Shown: piece after piece, positions 1 through 8,570 of the stretch
Layout: the number at the start of each line of letters is the position of its first letter
Numbering within the stretch: position 1 is the stretch's first letter
Assembly: GCA_025352005.1 (NCBI GenBank)
Contig: JANXUE010000159.1
Span: 1 to 52,390, forward strand
Direction of reading: 5' to 3'
DNA length: 52,390 nucleotides
Source: Frankiales bacterium
GTDB lineage: Bacteria; Actinomycetota; Actinomycetes; Mycobacteriales; SCTD01
Translations under genes and position numbers: made by a program
Notes under the pieces: generated by a model
What the model saw: the letters and a program-made list of their open reading frames with translations, nothing else
Database searches by the model: none
Told to the model about the DNA's origin: nothing

Positions 1-661
1 CCCGCATCGGCAGCACGACCCTGCGGAGCAGCACCAGTGACTTGCGCACCTCGAAGCTGCGGCGTTGCAGCTCGCGCGAGCGAGGGTTTTCGTCGAACAG
101 CACGTCCTCGAGGGAGTCCAGTTGCTCGTCAAGGACCTGCACTGCCTCGAAGTGGCCGTCGACGACCTGGTCGAGCAGCCCGTGCAGCAGGTAGGAGACA
201 CCCGAGCCGGCCAGCTTCTTGGCCGAGTCCCAGCGGTCGAGCAGGACACGGACGTCGAGCCCGTCGCTCTTGCGGATCGTGACGAGGGCGTTGGGTGCGA
301 TGAACGCGCCGATCTCGTGCACCTCGAGCTCAGCGGTCTGCTCGTCCAGGGTGGCGACATAGGCGGCGAGGTAGAGGTGGTCGTCGTAGGCGTCGAGCTT
401 GGGTCGCTGCCGCGCGTTGACTGCGTCCTCAACGGCCAGCGGGTGCAGGCCGAACTCCTCGACGACAACCTCGAGATCCCCATGCGAGGGCTTGAGCAGG
501 TCGAGCCAGACGACGGTCCCCTCGACCTCGAGGTGGTCGCTGACGAGGGCCACGTCGAACCCCTCCTCGACGAGGACGCCGCCGCGGTAGGCCCGGGTGT
601 GGGCGACGCAGGTCGTGCCGTTCGACGCCTTGCACGCCAGCGGACCTTCGGTCACGGTCAC
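1..661 (-). CDS. corA: Mg2+/Co2+ transporter CorA family, N-terminal cytoplasmic part; the 3' end lies beyond the left edge
   Basis: My own minus-strand translation from GTG 661-659 stays open to position 1: VTVTEGPLACK...VVWLDLLKPSHGDLEVVVEEFGLHPLAVEDAVNARQRPKLDAYDDHLYL... The LHPLxxED..QRPK block is typical of CorA. It is absent from the ORF track because no stop lies in the window. The start overlaps the uppP stop (GTGA). Confidence 0.75.
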   Translation of the reverse strand, partial: MTVTEGPLACKASNGTTCVAHTRAYRGGVLVEEGFDVALVSDHLEVEGTVVWLDLLKPSHGDLEVVVEEFGLHPLAVEDAVNARQRPKLDAYDDHLYLAAYVATLDEQTAELEVHEIGAFIAPNALVTIRKSDGLDVRVLLDRWDSAKKLAGSGVSYLLHGLLDQVVDGHFEAVQVLDEQLDSLEDVLFDENPRSRELQRRSFEVRKSLVLLRRVVLPMR

Positions 662-1488
662 GACCTGTTCACGGCGACCGCGATGACAACCCCGACGCCC
701 ACGAGCACCCGGTAGGGCACGAAGGCGGAGATCTTGTGGGTGGACACAAAGCGGATCAGGAACGCGATCGAGGCGTAGCCGACCACGAAGGAGACCAGAG
801 TCGCGACGGCCGTTGCCGTGGCGCCGGTGGTGTTGCCGGTGGCGTCCTTGAGCCCGAGGGCGCCGGCGCCGAGCAGGGCCGGGATGCCGAGCAGGAACGA
901 CAGGCGGGTCGCGGAAACGCGGTCGAGGCCGCGAAGCAGGCCGGCCGAGATCGTCGCCCCGGACCGGGAGACCCCAGGCACCAGGGCGATGCACTGGGCG
1001 AGCCCGATCAGCAGCCCATCCTTGACGGTGAGGGAGCGCTCCTCTCGCTCCTGGGTGGCCCGCTTCTCGGCGAACACGAGCACCGCCGAGAACGCGATGA
1101 GTCCGATGGCGACGCTGATGAGCTGCTCGTCGATGCTCTTGACCACGTCCTTGAGGGCGAGGCCTACGACGGCGATCGGCAGAGATCCGACCACGACGGC
1201 AAGGGCGAAACCGAAGTCGCGCTCGGCCCGTTTGGGGCCCGAGGCCAGCCCGCCGCAGAAGGACGTGACCAGCCGGAGGATGTCCTTGCGGAAATACAAC
1301 ACGGCAGCCAGGATCGCGCCGGTCTGGATGACCGCGGTGAAGCCGATCAGGGAGTCCTTCTGCTCCTGGTTGCCCATGGGCAGGCCCAACAGCCGCTCGG
1401 CGATGAGCAGGTGCCCCGTGCTGGAGACGGGAAGGAACTCGGTGAGGCCCTCCACCACGCCCAGGACGATGGCCTGTCCGATGTTCAC
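658..1488 (-). CDS. uppP: Undecaprenyl-diphosphate phosphatase (UppP/BacA)
   Basis: Last 276 codons of track ORF 658..2634, starting at GTG 1488: VNIGQAIVLGVVEGLTEFLPVSSTGHLLI... and ...PGVSRSGATISAGL. Both BacA signature motifs are present and the protein is hydrophobic throughout. The rest of the 658-aa ORF is Arg/Pro-rich read-through. Confidence 0.9.
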   Translation of the reverse strand: MNIGQAIVLGVVEGLTEFLPVSSTGHLLIAERLLGLPMGNQEQKDSLIGFTAVIQTGAILAAVLYFRKDILRLVTSFCGGLASGPKRAERDFGFALAVVVGSLPIAVVGLALKDVVKSIDEQLISVAIGLIAFSAVLVFAEKRATQEREERSLTVKDGLLIGLAQCIALVPGVSRSGATISAGLLRGLDRVSATRLSFLLGIPALLGAGALGLKDATGNTTGATATAVATLVSFVVGYASIAFLIRFVSTHKISAFVPYRVLVGVGVVIAVAVNRS

Positions 1489-2234
1489 ACCGTCCCCCTC
1501 CTCAGGCGCGCGGCAACCGCCAAGGCCAAGCCGAAACGGTAGAGGGCTGAGCCTGACACGAACCTGGAAGACCCCGTGTCCAGCCACGCCGCAGTCGCGT
1601 ACGACGTGACGCCCGCCAGGGCGGTCGGCAGCAGCGGGGGCAGGAGACCGGCACGCCGGACGCTCAACGCGGCCGCCCCGGCTGTGACAGGCAGCGACAT
1701 GAGCATGGAGTACCGGAACGCCTCTCGGCGCGGGAGGCGACCGGCTCGCAGCGCCGTGAGGGTCGCCCCCGCGCGGGACACCCCGGGGGCGAGCGCGACG
1801 ACTTGGGCGGCCGCGGCGGTGGCCGCCTCCCGGGTCCCGAAGGCACGGTCCTGGGGCCGACGGTCGGCGAGCCAGAGCAGCCCACCGGCGCCAGCCAGCA
1901 GGGCTGCGGTCGGTCCTGGCCGGCCCAGCCGGACCTCGACGGCGTCCTGCGCGAGCAGGCCCGCCACCCCTGCCGGGAGGCTGGTCAGCAGCAACCGAGT
2001 CGCCGACGGTCGGTCGAGGGCGACGAGGTCGCGTCGCAACGCCAGCATCACGCCGATGCAGGAGCCGGCGTGCAGCGCCGCGGTGAAGCCGGTTCGGTCC
2101 TGAGGCGGCGGCCACCGAAGCAGCCAGGGCAACAGGGTGAGCTGGGCGGAGGAGGACACCGGGACGACCTCTGCGACGCCTTGCACGACGCCGAGCGCTG
2201 CCAACTGCCAGGGCGCGAGCCCCGGGCTGGTCAG
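1485..2234 (-). CDS. UppP/BacA-family paralogue with altered motif 1; start uncertain (CTG 2234 or TTG 2204)
   Basis: C-terminal part of track ORF 1485..3740: ...QLAALGVVQGVAEVVPVSSSAQLTLLPW...APGVSRAGATLTAL... This is a BacA-like layout but lacks the His of SSTGH. The stop overlaps the uppP start (TGA/GTG at 1485-1488). No ATG or GTG lies near the expected N-terminus. Confidence 0.6.
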   Translation of the reverse strand: MTSPGLAPWQLAALGVVQGVAEVVPVSSSAQLTLLPWLLRWPPPQDRTGFTAALHAGSCIGVMLALRRDLVALDRPSATRLLLTSLPAGVAGLLAQDAVEVRLGRPGPTAALLAGAGGLLWLADRRPQDRAFGTREAATAAAAQVVALAPGVSRAGATLTALRAGRLPRREAFRYSMLMSLPVTAGAAALSVRRAGLLPPLLPTALAGVTSYATAAWLDTGSSRFVSGSALYRFGLALAVAARLRRGTV

Positions 2235-3280
2235 CTGCCGACGCCCGAGAGCTCGAGCGCCTCGACAGCTGTCCGCAACGCATCCTTGCGGCCGTCGAGC
2301 GTCGGGGCGGCCGGCGACACGGTGAGGGTCGTGACGCCGCTGGCAGCGAGCACCTGCATCCGCTCCGCCATCCGCTCCTTGGACCCGAGCAGGGCCGTCT
2401 GGTCCAGGAACTCGAACGGCACGGCCGCTGCCGCGTCGTCGTACTTGCGGTCCAGGTAGAGGTCCTGGATCGTCTTGGCGGCTTCGTCGTAGCCCATTCG
2501 GACCGCGAGCTGGTTGTAGAAGTTCTTCTCGCGTGAGCCCATGCCGCCGACGTAGAGCGCGGCGTACCACCGGATGGGGTCGGCGCAAGCTCGGACGTCG
2601 TCGCCGACGACCATCGGCATCGACGGGACGACATCGAAGCCCTCCAGGGTCTTGCCGACCTTCGTCCGGCCGGAGGAGATGCTCGCCAGGGACTCGTGTG
2701 CGTAGTCGGGGCTGTAGAAGATCGCCAGCCAGCCGTCGAACTTCTCGCCGGTCAGCTCGAGGTTCTTCGGGCCCACCGCAGCCAGGTACGTCGGGATGTG
2801 GTCGCGCACGGGGTGGACCGTCAGCTGCAACGCCTTGCCTGGCCCGTCGGGTAGGGGCAGCACGTAGTGCTGGCCGTCGTACCGGACCTTCTCGCGCGAC
2901 AGGGCCAGGTTGACGATGTCGATGTACTCGCGGGTGCGTTGCAATGGCTTGTCGAAACGGACGCCGTGCCAGCCCTCGCTCACCTGGGGGCCGCTGACGC
3001 CGATGCCGAGCCGGAACCGGCCGCCGGACAGCGAGTCGAGCGTCGCCGCCGTCATCGCGCAGTTGGCAGGGGTGCGGCCGGGGATCTGGAAGATCGCCGA
3101 ACCGATGTCGATCCGGGTGGTCTGCGCCGCGACCCACGACAAGATGCTGACAGCGTCCGAGCCGTACGCCTCCGCGACCCACGCGACGTCGTAGCCGAGC
3201 CGGTCGGCCTCCTTGGCGAGCTCGAGGTTGTCGGCATCGTTGCCCATGCCCCAGTAGCCCATGTTGAGCCCCAGCTTCAC
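2231..3280 (-). CDS. LLM-class (luciferase-like) F420-dependent oxidoreductase
   Basis: 349 aa from GTG 3280: VKLGLNMGYWGMGNDADNLELAKEADRLGYDVAWVAEAYGSDAVSILSW...RFRLGIGVSGPQVSEGWHG... This matches the family pattern. GGAGG lies about 6 nt upstream of the GTG on the minus strand. Confidence 0.8.
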   Translation of the reverse strand: MKLGLNMGYWGMGNDADNLELAKEADRLGYDVAWVAEAYGSDAVSILSWVAAQTTRIDIGSAIFQIPGRTPANCAMTAATLDSLSGGRFRLGIGVSGPQVSEGWHGVRFDKPLQRTREYIDIVNLALSREKVRYDGQHYVLPLPDGPGKALQLTVHPVRDHIPTYLAAVGPKNLELTGEKFDGWLAIFYSPDYAHESLASISSGRTKVGKTLEGFDVVPSMPMVVGDDVRACADPIRWYAALYVGGMGSREKNFYNQLAVRMGYDEAAKTIQDLYLDRKYDDAAAAVPFEFLDQTALLGSKERMAERMQVLAASGVTTLTVSPAAPTLDGRKDALRTAVEALELSGVGS

Positions 3281-3326
3281 GCTTGCCTCCACGTCGGTCG
3301 GTGCTGCGGACGGTAGCGTCCGAGCC

Positions 3327-4328
3327 GTGAAGCAGCGCCACCTGGGCCGTAGCGGCCTCATCGTCTCCCGCCTCGCCCTCGGCACCATGACCTGGGGCGG
3401 CGACACCGACGAGGACGACGCGGCTGCGCAGTTGATCGCCTTTCGCGAGGCGGGCGGCACGTTGCTCGACACCGCCAACTCCTACGTCGGGGGCGAGAGC
3501 GAGCGGGTCGTCGGCCGGCTGCTCAACGACCTCGTGCCGCGCGAGGAGGTCGTGCTCGCCACCAAGGCTTACAGCGTGACCGGTCCCGGGCCTATGGGAC
3601 GGGGTACATCGAGGGGCCATCTGCTGACTGCCCTCGATGCGTCGCTCCGCCGGTTGCAGACCGACTGGATCGACCTGTGGCAGCTGCACGCCTGGGACCC
3701 GGTCACTCCCTGGGACGAGGCGCTCGCCGCGATGGACCACGCCGTGCAGTCCGGCCGGGTGCGCTACGCCGGCGTCTCCAACTACAGCGGTTGGCAGCAG
3801 GGGGCCTGCGCGGCCTGGCAGCGGGCCGTCCCCGGGCGGGCGCCCCTGGTGTCCAACCAGGTCGAGTACTCCTTGTTGCAGCGCGGCGTCGAGCGGGAGG
3901 TCGTCCCGTCGGCTCTCGACCAGGGCCTGGGGTTGCTCCCGTGGTCACCGCTGGGCCGGGGCGTCCTGACCGGCAAGTACCGCAACGGGGTCCCCGGTGA
4001 CAGCCGTGGCGCGTCGCAGCACTTCAAGGAGTGGATGCAGCCGTTCCTCACCGACGCCGCTGCCTCTGTCGTCGACGCTGTCCTCACCGCCGCCGACGGT
4101 CTTGGCGTCTCGCCGGTCGCCGTCGCCCTCGCCTGGGTCCGGGACCGGCCCGGCGTGGTGGCCCCGATCGTGGGGGCCCGTACCAACGCCCAGCTCCAAG
4201 CCTCCCTGGCGGCCGAGTCGGTCGTCTTGCCCGACGTGGTGCGGGAGGCGCTCGACGATGTTTCGGCGCCGCCGGTCGGGTACCCCGAGCAGATGCCACG
4301 CTGGTCCTCAGCGGACCTCGAGCGCTAG
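3327..4328 (+). CDS. Aldo/keto reductase
   Basis: From GTG 3327: VKQRHLGRSGLIVSRLALGTMTWGG...LDTANSYVGGESERVVG...DLWQLHAWD...RYAGVSNYSGWQ... This is a canonical AKR N-terminus and motif set. The track start at 3261 overlaps the divergent LLM gene. Confidence 0.85.
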   Translation: MKQRHLGRSGLIVSRLALGTMTWGGDTDEDDAAAQLIAFREAGGTLLDTANSYVGGESERVVGRLLNDLVPREEVVLATKAYSVTGPGPMGRGTSRGHLLTALDASLRRLQTDWIDLWQLHAWDPVTPWDEALAAMDHAVQSGRVRYAGVSNYSGWQQGACAAWQRAVPGRAPLVSNQVEYSLLQRGVEREVVPSALDQGLGLLPWSPLGRGVLTGKYRNGVPGDSRGASQHFKEWMQPFLTDAAASVVDAVLTAADGLGVSPVAVALAWVRDRPGVVAPIVGARTNAQLQASLAAESVVLPDVVREALDDVSAPPVGYPEQMPRWSSADLER

Positions 4329-4339
4329 AGCAGGAGCTG

Positions 4340-4534
4340 ATGGCGGACTACGAGCACCGGGAGCTGAAGCTTCCCCGCGGCGTCAGCAGCGGCCACGCCC
4401 GCGAGGTCCTGGGCATCCATGCGGAGTACGGCGGCTGGGAGCTCGCCCACCACGCGGTCTGGGCCGACGGCCGCCGCACCGTCACCGTTCGCCGCCGCCT
4501 CCAGGCCGACCCCCTCCCGCCGCTGCCCTCCTGA
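4340..4534 (+). CDS. DUF5703-family small actinobacterial protein
   Basis: ATG 4340 preceded by AGGAG: MADYEHRELKLPRGVSSGHAREVLGIHAEYGGWELAHHAVWADGRRTVTVRRRL... It resembles the conserved ~65-aa DUF5703 proteins. It lies inside the longer artefactual ORF 4031..4534. Confidence 0.6.
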   Translation: MADYEHRELKLPRGVSSGHAREVLGIHAEYGGWELAHHAVWADGRRTVTVRRRLQADPLPPLPS

Positions 4535-4564
4535 GTACCCCTTCCTCGGCCCACCCAGACAAGC

Positions 4565-5866
4565 TCAGCTGGCGTCGAGGAAGCGGTCCAGCACGCGCGT
4601 TCCGAAGCCGAGCGCGTCGAGCGGGACCCGCTCGTCGACCCCGTGGAACATGCCGCTGAAGTCGAGGTCCGCGGGCAGCCGAAGCGGTGAGAAGCCGAAG
4701 CAACGGATCCCGAGCCGGCTGAAGCTCTTCGCGTCGGTACCGCCTGACAGCGTGTACGGCACCGGCCGCGCTCCCGGGTCCTCGGCCCGCAGTGCCCCCG
4801 CCATCGCGTCCACCAGCGCCCCCTCGAAATCGGTCTCCAACGCGATGTCGTAGTGGACGTACTCGCGGGTGATTCCCGGTCCGATGGCCGCGTCGATTTC
4901 GGTCTCCCACTCCTTCTCGAACCCGGGCAGGAAGCGGCCGTCGATCATGGCGTGCGCTGTGCCGGGGATGACGTTGTGCTTGTAGCCGGCGTCGAGCATC
5001 GTCGGGTTGGCCGTGTTGCGCAGCGTCGCACCCACGATCCGGGCGAGTGGCCCGAGCTTCGCGACGGTGGCCTGCATGTCGTCGGGGTCGAGCTCGATCC
5101 CAAACGCCTCGCTGGTCGCGTCCAGGAACGCCCGGACCGTCTTGGTGACGTGGATCGGGAACTCGTGCCGCCCGACCCGCGCGACCGCCTCGGCCAGCCG
5201 GGTGACGGCGTTGTCGTCGTTGATCATGCTGCCGTGCCCGGCCGTCCCCGCGGCGGTGAGGCGCAGCCACGCCATTCCCTTCTGGGCCGTCTCGATCAGA
5301 TAGAGCCGCAGGTCGTCGTTGACGCTCAGGCTGAACCCACCCACCTCGCTGATCGCCTCCGTGCACCCCTCGAACAGCTGTGGCTGCTTCTCGACCAGCC
5401 ACTGCGCGCCGAAGACCCCACCTGCCTCCTCGTCCGCGACGAACGCGAGGACGACGTCCCGCGGCGGCTTGCGGCCAGCTCGCAGCCGATCCCTGACGAC
5501 AGCGAGGGTCATCGCGTTCATGTCGAGCATGTCGACGGCTCCGCGCCCCCAGACGCACCCGTCGGCCACCTCGGCAGCGAACGGGTCATACGTCCAGTCC
5601 TTCGGCTGTGCCGGTACGACGTCCAGGTGGCCGTGGATCAGCAGGCCGCCTCGGCTGCTGTCCTCACCCTCGATCCGCGCCACCACGCTCGTCCGGTTGC
5701 GGGCGCTCTCGAACATCTGAGGTTCGAGGCCGACGTCGGCGAGCTTGCCGGCAACGTACTCCGCAGCTTCGCGCTCCCCCTTGCCTTGCCCCGTGCCGTC
5801 GTTGACGCTTTCGAACCGGATCAGGTCGCGCAGGATCTCGACGGCCTCGTCCTGTGGGGTGGTCAT
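4565..5866 (-). CDS. M20/M25/M40 family metallo-hydrolase (DapE/ArgE-like peptidase)
   Basis: MTTPQDEAVEILRDLIRFESVN...LLIHGHLDVVPA...WTYDPF...GRGAVDMLD...ADEEAGG... GGAGG lies 6 nt upstream of the second ATG (5866), so I prefer it over the track start at 5881. Confidence 0.85.
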   Translation of the reverse strand: MTTPQDEAVEILRDLIRFESVNDGTGQGKGEREAAEYVAGKLADVGLEPQMFESARNRTSVVARIEGEDSSRGGLLIHGHLDVVPAQPKDWTYDPFAAEVADGCVWGRGAVDMLDMNAMTLAVVRDRLRAGRKPPRDVVLAFVADEEAGGVFGAQWLVEKQPQLFEGCTEAISEVGGFSLSVNDDLRLYLIETAQKGMAWLRLTAAGTAGHGSMINDDNAVTRLAEAVARVGRHEFPIHVTKTVRAFLDATSEAFGIELDPDDMQATVAKLGPLARIVGATLRNTANPTMLDAGYKHNVIPGTAHAMIDGRFLPGFEKEWETEIDAAIGPGITREYVHYDIALETDFEGALVDAMAGALRAEDPGARPVPYTLSGGTDAKSFSRLGIRCFGFSPLRLPADLDFSGMFHGVDERVPLDALGFGTRVLDRFLDAS

Positions 5867-5980
5867 CGGTTCCTCCTGCATGAGCCGTGCGGGTGGCGGT
5901 CCGTGAACGTTAACGCTCCGTCCCCGCCGCGGCTTTCGCTATAGTCAGTTTGTCGTTCGGGGCCTCCTCGAGCACACCCT

Positions 5981-6069
5981 GTCCGGGTGGCGGAATTGGT
6001 AGACGCGCTAGCTTGAGGTGCTAGTTCTCAGTGATGGGATTGGGGGTTCAAGTCCCCCCTCGGACACCA
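5981..6069 (+). tRNA. tRNA-Leu, anticodon GAG, long variable arm, CCA encoded
   Basis: GTCCGGG...CTCGGAC forms a 7-bp acceptor stem. The anticodon stem is CTAGC/GCTAG with loop TTGAGGT (anticodon GAG). The T arm is GGGGG-TTCAAGT-CCCCC, followed by discriminator A and CCA. Confidence 0.9.
6012..6067 (+). repeat. attL core: 3' part of tRNA-Leu, identical to 27441-27496
   Basis: cttgaggtgctagttctcagtgatgggattgggggttcaagtcccccctcggacac was checked base by base against the second copy. Confidence 0.9.
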
Positions 6070-6154
6070 CGCAAGGGAGACCACATCCCCTGATCGACAG
6101 TTACTCTCACTCGCGGCAGCTGAGTGAAGTGCCTGTCTGCGTGTTCGGGTGAGG

Positions 6155-6263
6155 ACTAGGGCAGTGCCCTACGTGACCGAGCTTTCCACGCTCAACGCGC
6201 TCCTTGCCCTAGTCCCTGCCCTAGTGGGTGCCCTAGTCTTGCCACAATAGTAATTGCCCTAGT
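6155..6263. promoter_or_regulatory. Array of TGCCCTAGT 9-mers upstream of the integrase gene; candidate arm-type recombinase binding sites
   Basis: Perfect direct copies at 6205, 6217, 6229 and 6255. An inverted copy ACTAGGGCA at 6155-6163 is followed by near-copy TGCCCTAC at 6165. Two more copies lie at the other end of the element. Confidence 0.55.
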
Positions 6264-6282
6264 AGTACGCTCGCCACATTCG

Positions 6283-7578
6283 GTGCAGGTGGCCTCGGGA
6301 GTAGCAGTGGCGATCAACCGCGACGGGGACAAGTACGACCAGCAGGGCGTCCCGATGTACCGAGTGCGGGTGTACGACGCACAACTGCGCAAGCAGGTGG
6401 AGCATCGGGTCGCGGGTGAGGACCAGGCCCGGTCTGCCGAGGCCGACCTGCTGGCCCAGGTGAAGGTGCCGCTAGAGCACCGCGGTGCGACCGCAGACGT
6501 CATCGCGGCCGCAGTGGCGCAGGGGCGTCCGGTCGTGACGACCACCAACAAGATCACGGTCCGTCAGTGGGCCGAGCAGTACTTGGAGCTGTTCAAGCGA
6601 CGCCCCGACGGCGGGGTCCGGCCGTTCTCCTCATGGGACCACGACCGGCGATGCCTGGAGATCTACATCCTGCCGCACATCGGTGAGCGCTCCCTGACCT
6701 CACTGCGGCTGCACGAGCTGGAGGACCTGGTCTCCTGCTCGACCAAGCGCGACGGCATCACGCCGCTGGCGGGGGCGACCAAGGAGAGCATCGCAGGAAC
6801 GATCAAACGCGTCTGGAAGATGGCCGAACGCCGCACCGACATGCTCAGAGCACAAGGCAACCGGGCTGCTGGGCTGTCCACCTCCTGGGGTGGGCAGTCG
6901 GAGGAGCGGGCCGCTATCGTGCCGAGCATTGAGGACGTGTTCCGGCTTTCGGCTTGCATCGAGCAGCGGTCCGCCGGCTACGGCGACATCGTGGAGCTGA
7001 TCGCCTTCACGGGACTGCGCTGGGAGGAGATCAGCGCCCTCCCGGTCCACAACGTGAGCTGGGACGACATGCGCGTGCATGTGGAGTGGTCTGCGACCTT
7101 CTCGGGTGGCAGACGCACCTTGCGTCATGAGACCAAGTCCAAGGCCGCGAACCGGTTCGTGCCGATCCCCGTCCAGGCGGAGGCTCCGCTGCGACGGTTG
7201 ATGGCTGCCAGCGAACGTCGTCGCCAGCAGCACCCGGGCTTTGGGGACGAGGTCCTGGTGGTCACCAACACCATGGGTGCGGCGTTGCACTACAACACCT
7301 GGCGGATCGCCCTGGACAAAGCCCGTGAGGCCAGCGGCGTGGCCTACACAGCTCACCCACTGCGGCATGTCGCCGCCAGCCTGGCGATCAGCTCAGGTAT
7401 GAACGACGTCGAAATCGCGGCCATGATGGGTCACCGCAACAGCGACTACACGCGCAAGATTTACGGGCACCTGTTCCCCTCGGACGGTCGCGAGGTGGCG
7501 GCGCGGATGACCAAGGCCATCGAGGCGGCGGTGGCGCAGGAGCAGGCGCTGGCTAAGCGAGGGTTGACGCTCGCCTGA
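6283..7578 (+). CDS. int: Tyrosine-type site-specific integrase
   Basis: 431-aa ORF with FTGLRWEEISAL (Arg I) and HPLRHVAASLAISSGMNDVEIAAMMGHRNSDYTRKIYGHL (H-x-x-R, H, Y). It sits next to the tRNA att site. The start could also be ATG 6355. Confidence 0.9.
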   Translation: MQVASGVAVAINRDGDKYDQQGVPMYRVRVYDAQLRKQVEHRVAGEDQARSAEADLLAQVKVPLEHRGATADVIAAAVAQGRPVVTTTNKITVRQWAEQYLELFKRRPDGGVRPFSSWDHDRRCLEIYILPHIGERSLTSLRLHELEDLVSCSTKRDGITPLAGATKESIAGTIKRVWKMAERRTDMLRAQGNRAAGLSTSWGGQSEERAAIVPSIEDVFRLSACIEQRSAGYGDIVELIAFTGLRWEEISALPVHNVSWDDMRVHVEWSATFSGGRRTLRHETKSKAANRFVPIPVQAEAPLRRLMAASERRRQQHPGFGDEVLVVTNTMGAALHYNTWRIALDKAREASGVAYTAHPLRHVAASLAISSGMNDVEIAAMMGHRNSDYTRKIYGHLFPSDGREVAARMTKAIEAAVAQEQALAKRGLTLA

Positions 7579-7863
7579 TCACGGGTTGTAGGTCGCCCGC
7601 AGCGTGCGCCCGGTACGTGGTCTTGGCCTGGCTGGGACCTGCCGCACCGGAATGTGCAGGGCAATCACGTCACCGTCCTTGGCCTTCGGGCGGGACCACT
7701 CCTCCAGCTCGGCCTCGGGAAAGCGCAAAGCCTGACCTACCTTGCGGTACGGGATGCTGCGTCGGTCGACCATGCCACGCACGGTCTTCCCAGGAAGCTG
7801 GAACCACTCACAGACCTGCTCGAGTGTGAGCATGCGCGTGCCGGCGCCGTAGGGCAGCGTCAT
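7579..7863 (-). CDS. xis: Excisionase/AlpA-like helix-turn-helix DNA-binding protein
   Basis: From ATG 7863: MTLPYGAGTRMLTLEQVCEWFQLPGKTVRGMVDRRSIPYRKVGQALRFPEAELEEW... This is the HTH_17-type pattern. The gene is convergent with int. Confidence 0.65.
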   Translation of the reverse strand: MTLPYGAGTRMLTLEQVCEWFQLPGKTVRGMVDRRSIPYRKVGQALRFPEAELEEWSRPKAKDGDVIALHIPVRQVPARPRPRTGRTLRATYNP

Positions 7864-7870
7864 CCGGCAC

Positions 7871-8365
7871 TCATTCGATCCTCGGGCGGCGGACGCAGCG
7901 AGGTCGGGAACAGTGACACCCACACCACAGGTCAGCTTCGCTCGCTGCCGTCTGCATCACGCCGACCCCGGCGTGTTCCCAGCAGGTGTGCACGAAGCAG
8001 GTGGCGCACGAGTGCATCCGCAGCTCGGCCCACCACACCCCGATGCCGACGCCGTCCACCACGGTGTTGGCCGGGACGAGCTGGCTGGCGAAGCAACTGG
8101 CGCAGGCCAGCCGCACAGGTCGTCGCTCCACTTCGCGCGCAGGGGAATCGCCGACCCTGAGCGCTACGAGCCGCCGCGACCGTCCACCGCCAGAGGCTCT
8201 CGGCTGCCCTAGGACAGGGCTGCCGTCGATGACGTGTCGAACGACGCTCCGCCTGATGCGAACCGTTTTGTCGACGCTAACCGACGGAAGGTCCCCGGCG
8301 CTGGCGTGGCTGTCGACGAACTGCACAGTGACGCGGAGAACTGCGGCGACTTCGTCCACGGTCAT
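7871..8365 (-). CDS. Hypothetical protein: N-terminal excisionase-like HTH plus Cys-rich (CxxC...CxxC) C-terminal segment
   Basis: MTVDEVAAVLRVTVQFVDSHASAGDLPSVSVDKTVRIRRSVV... then ...LACASCFASQ...HSCATCFVHTCWEH... An alternative GTG start lies at 8395. The function of the C-terminal half is unknown. Confidence 0.45.
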   Translation of the reverse strand: MTVDEVAAVLRVTVQFVDSHASAGDLPSVSVDKTVRIRRSVVRHVIDGSPVLGQPRASGGGRSRRLVALRVGDSPAREVERRPVRLACASCFASQLVPANTVVDGVGIGVWWAELRMHSCATCFVHTCWEHAGVGVMQTAASEADLWCGCHCSRPRCVRRPRIE

Positions 8366-8570
8366 CAACGCCTCAAGGTTTTCGAATCCATGCACACCGT
8401 GCTTGGTGGCGCGGGCGCCTGTGCTTCCCTGCGCGCTCGGGCCCCGGGGGCGTTTTCTACATGCACGCCGCGACCGCCTGAGCTGGTCCCCGGATCTGGC
8501 TGGGCAGGAGTGGGCGCCCTAGAGGCTTGGTCACGGTGTCTAGGTTCCCAAGGCTGAGCCCTTCGCCTTG

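Noticed and set aside
65-715. 216-aa plus-strand ORF at the left edge
   Set aside because: It is antisense to the CorA reading frame, which gives a recognisable family sequence. Its own translation is Val/Leu/Asp/Gly-rich with no family resemblance, which is the typical shadow ORF of high-GC DNA.
658-3740. Very long minus-strand ORFs (658..2634, 1485..3740, 2231..3478)
   Set aside because: Only the C-terminal portions translate to real proteins (UppP, UppP-like, LLM oxidoreductase). The N-terminal extensions are Arg/Pro/Ala-rich read-through over the neighbouring genes in other frames.
5909-5945. TATAGT at 5940-5945 as a -10 box for the tRNA-Leu gene
   Set aside because: The distance to the mature 5' end is plausible. 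However, no acceptable -35 element lies at the right spacing, and a single hexamer is not sufficient evidence.
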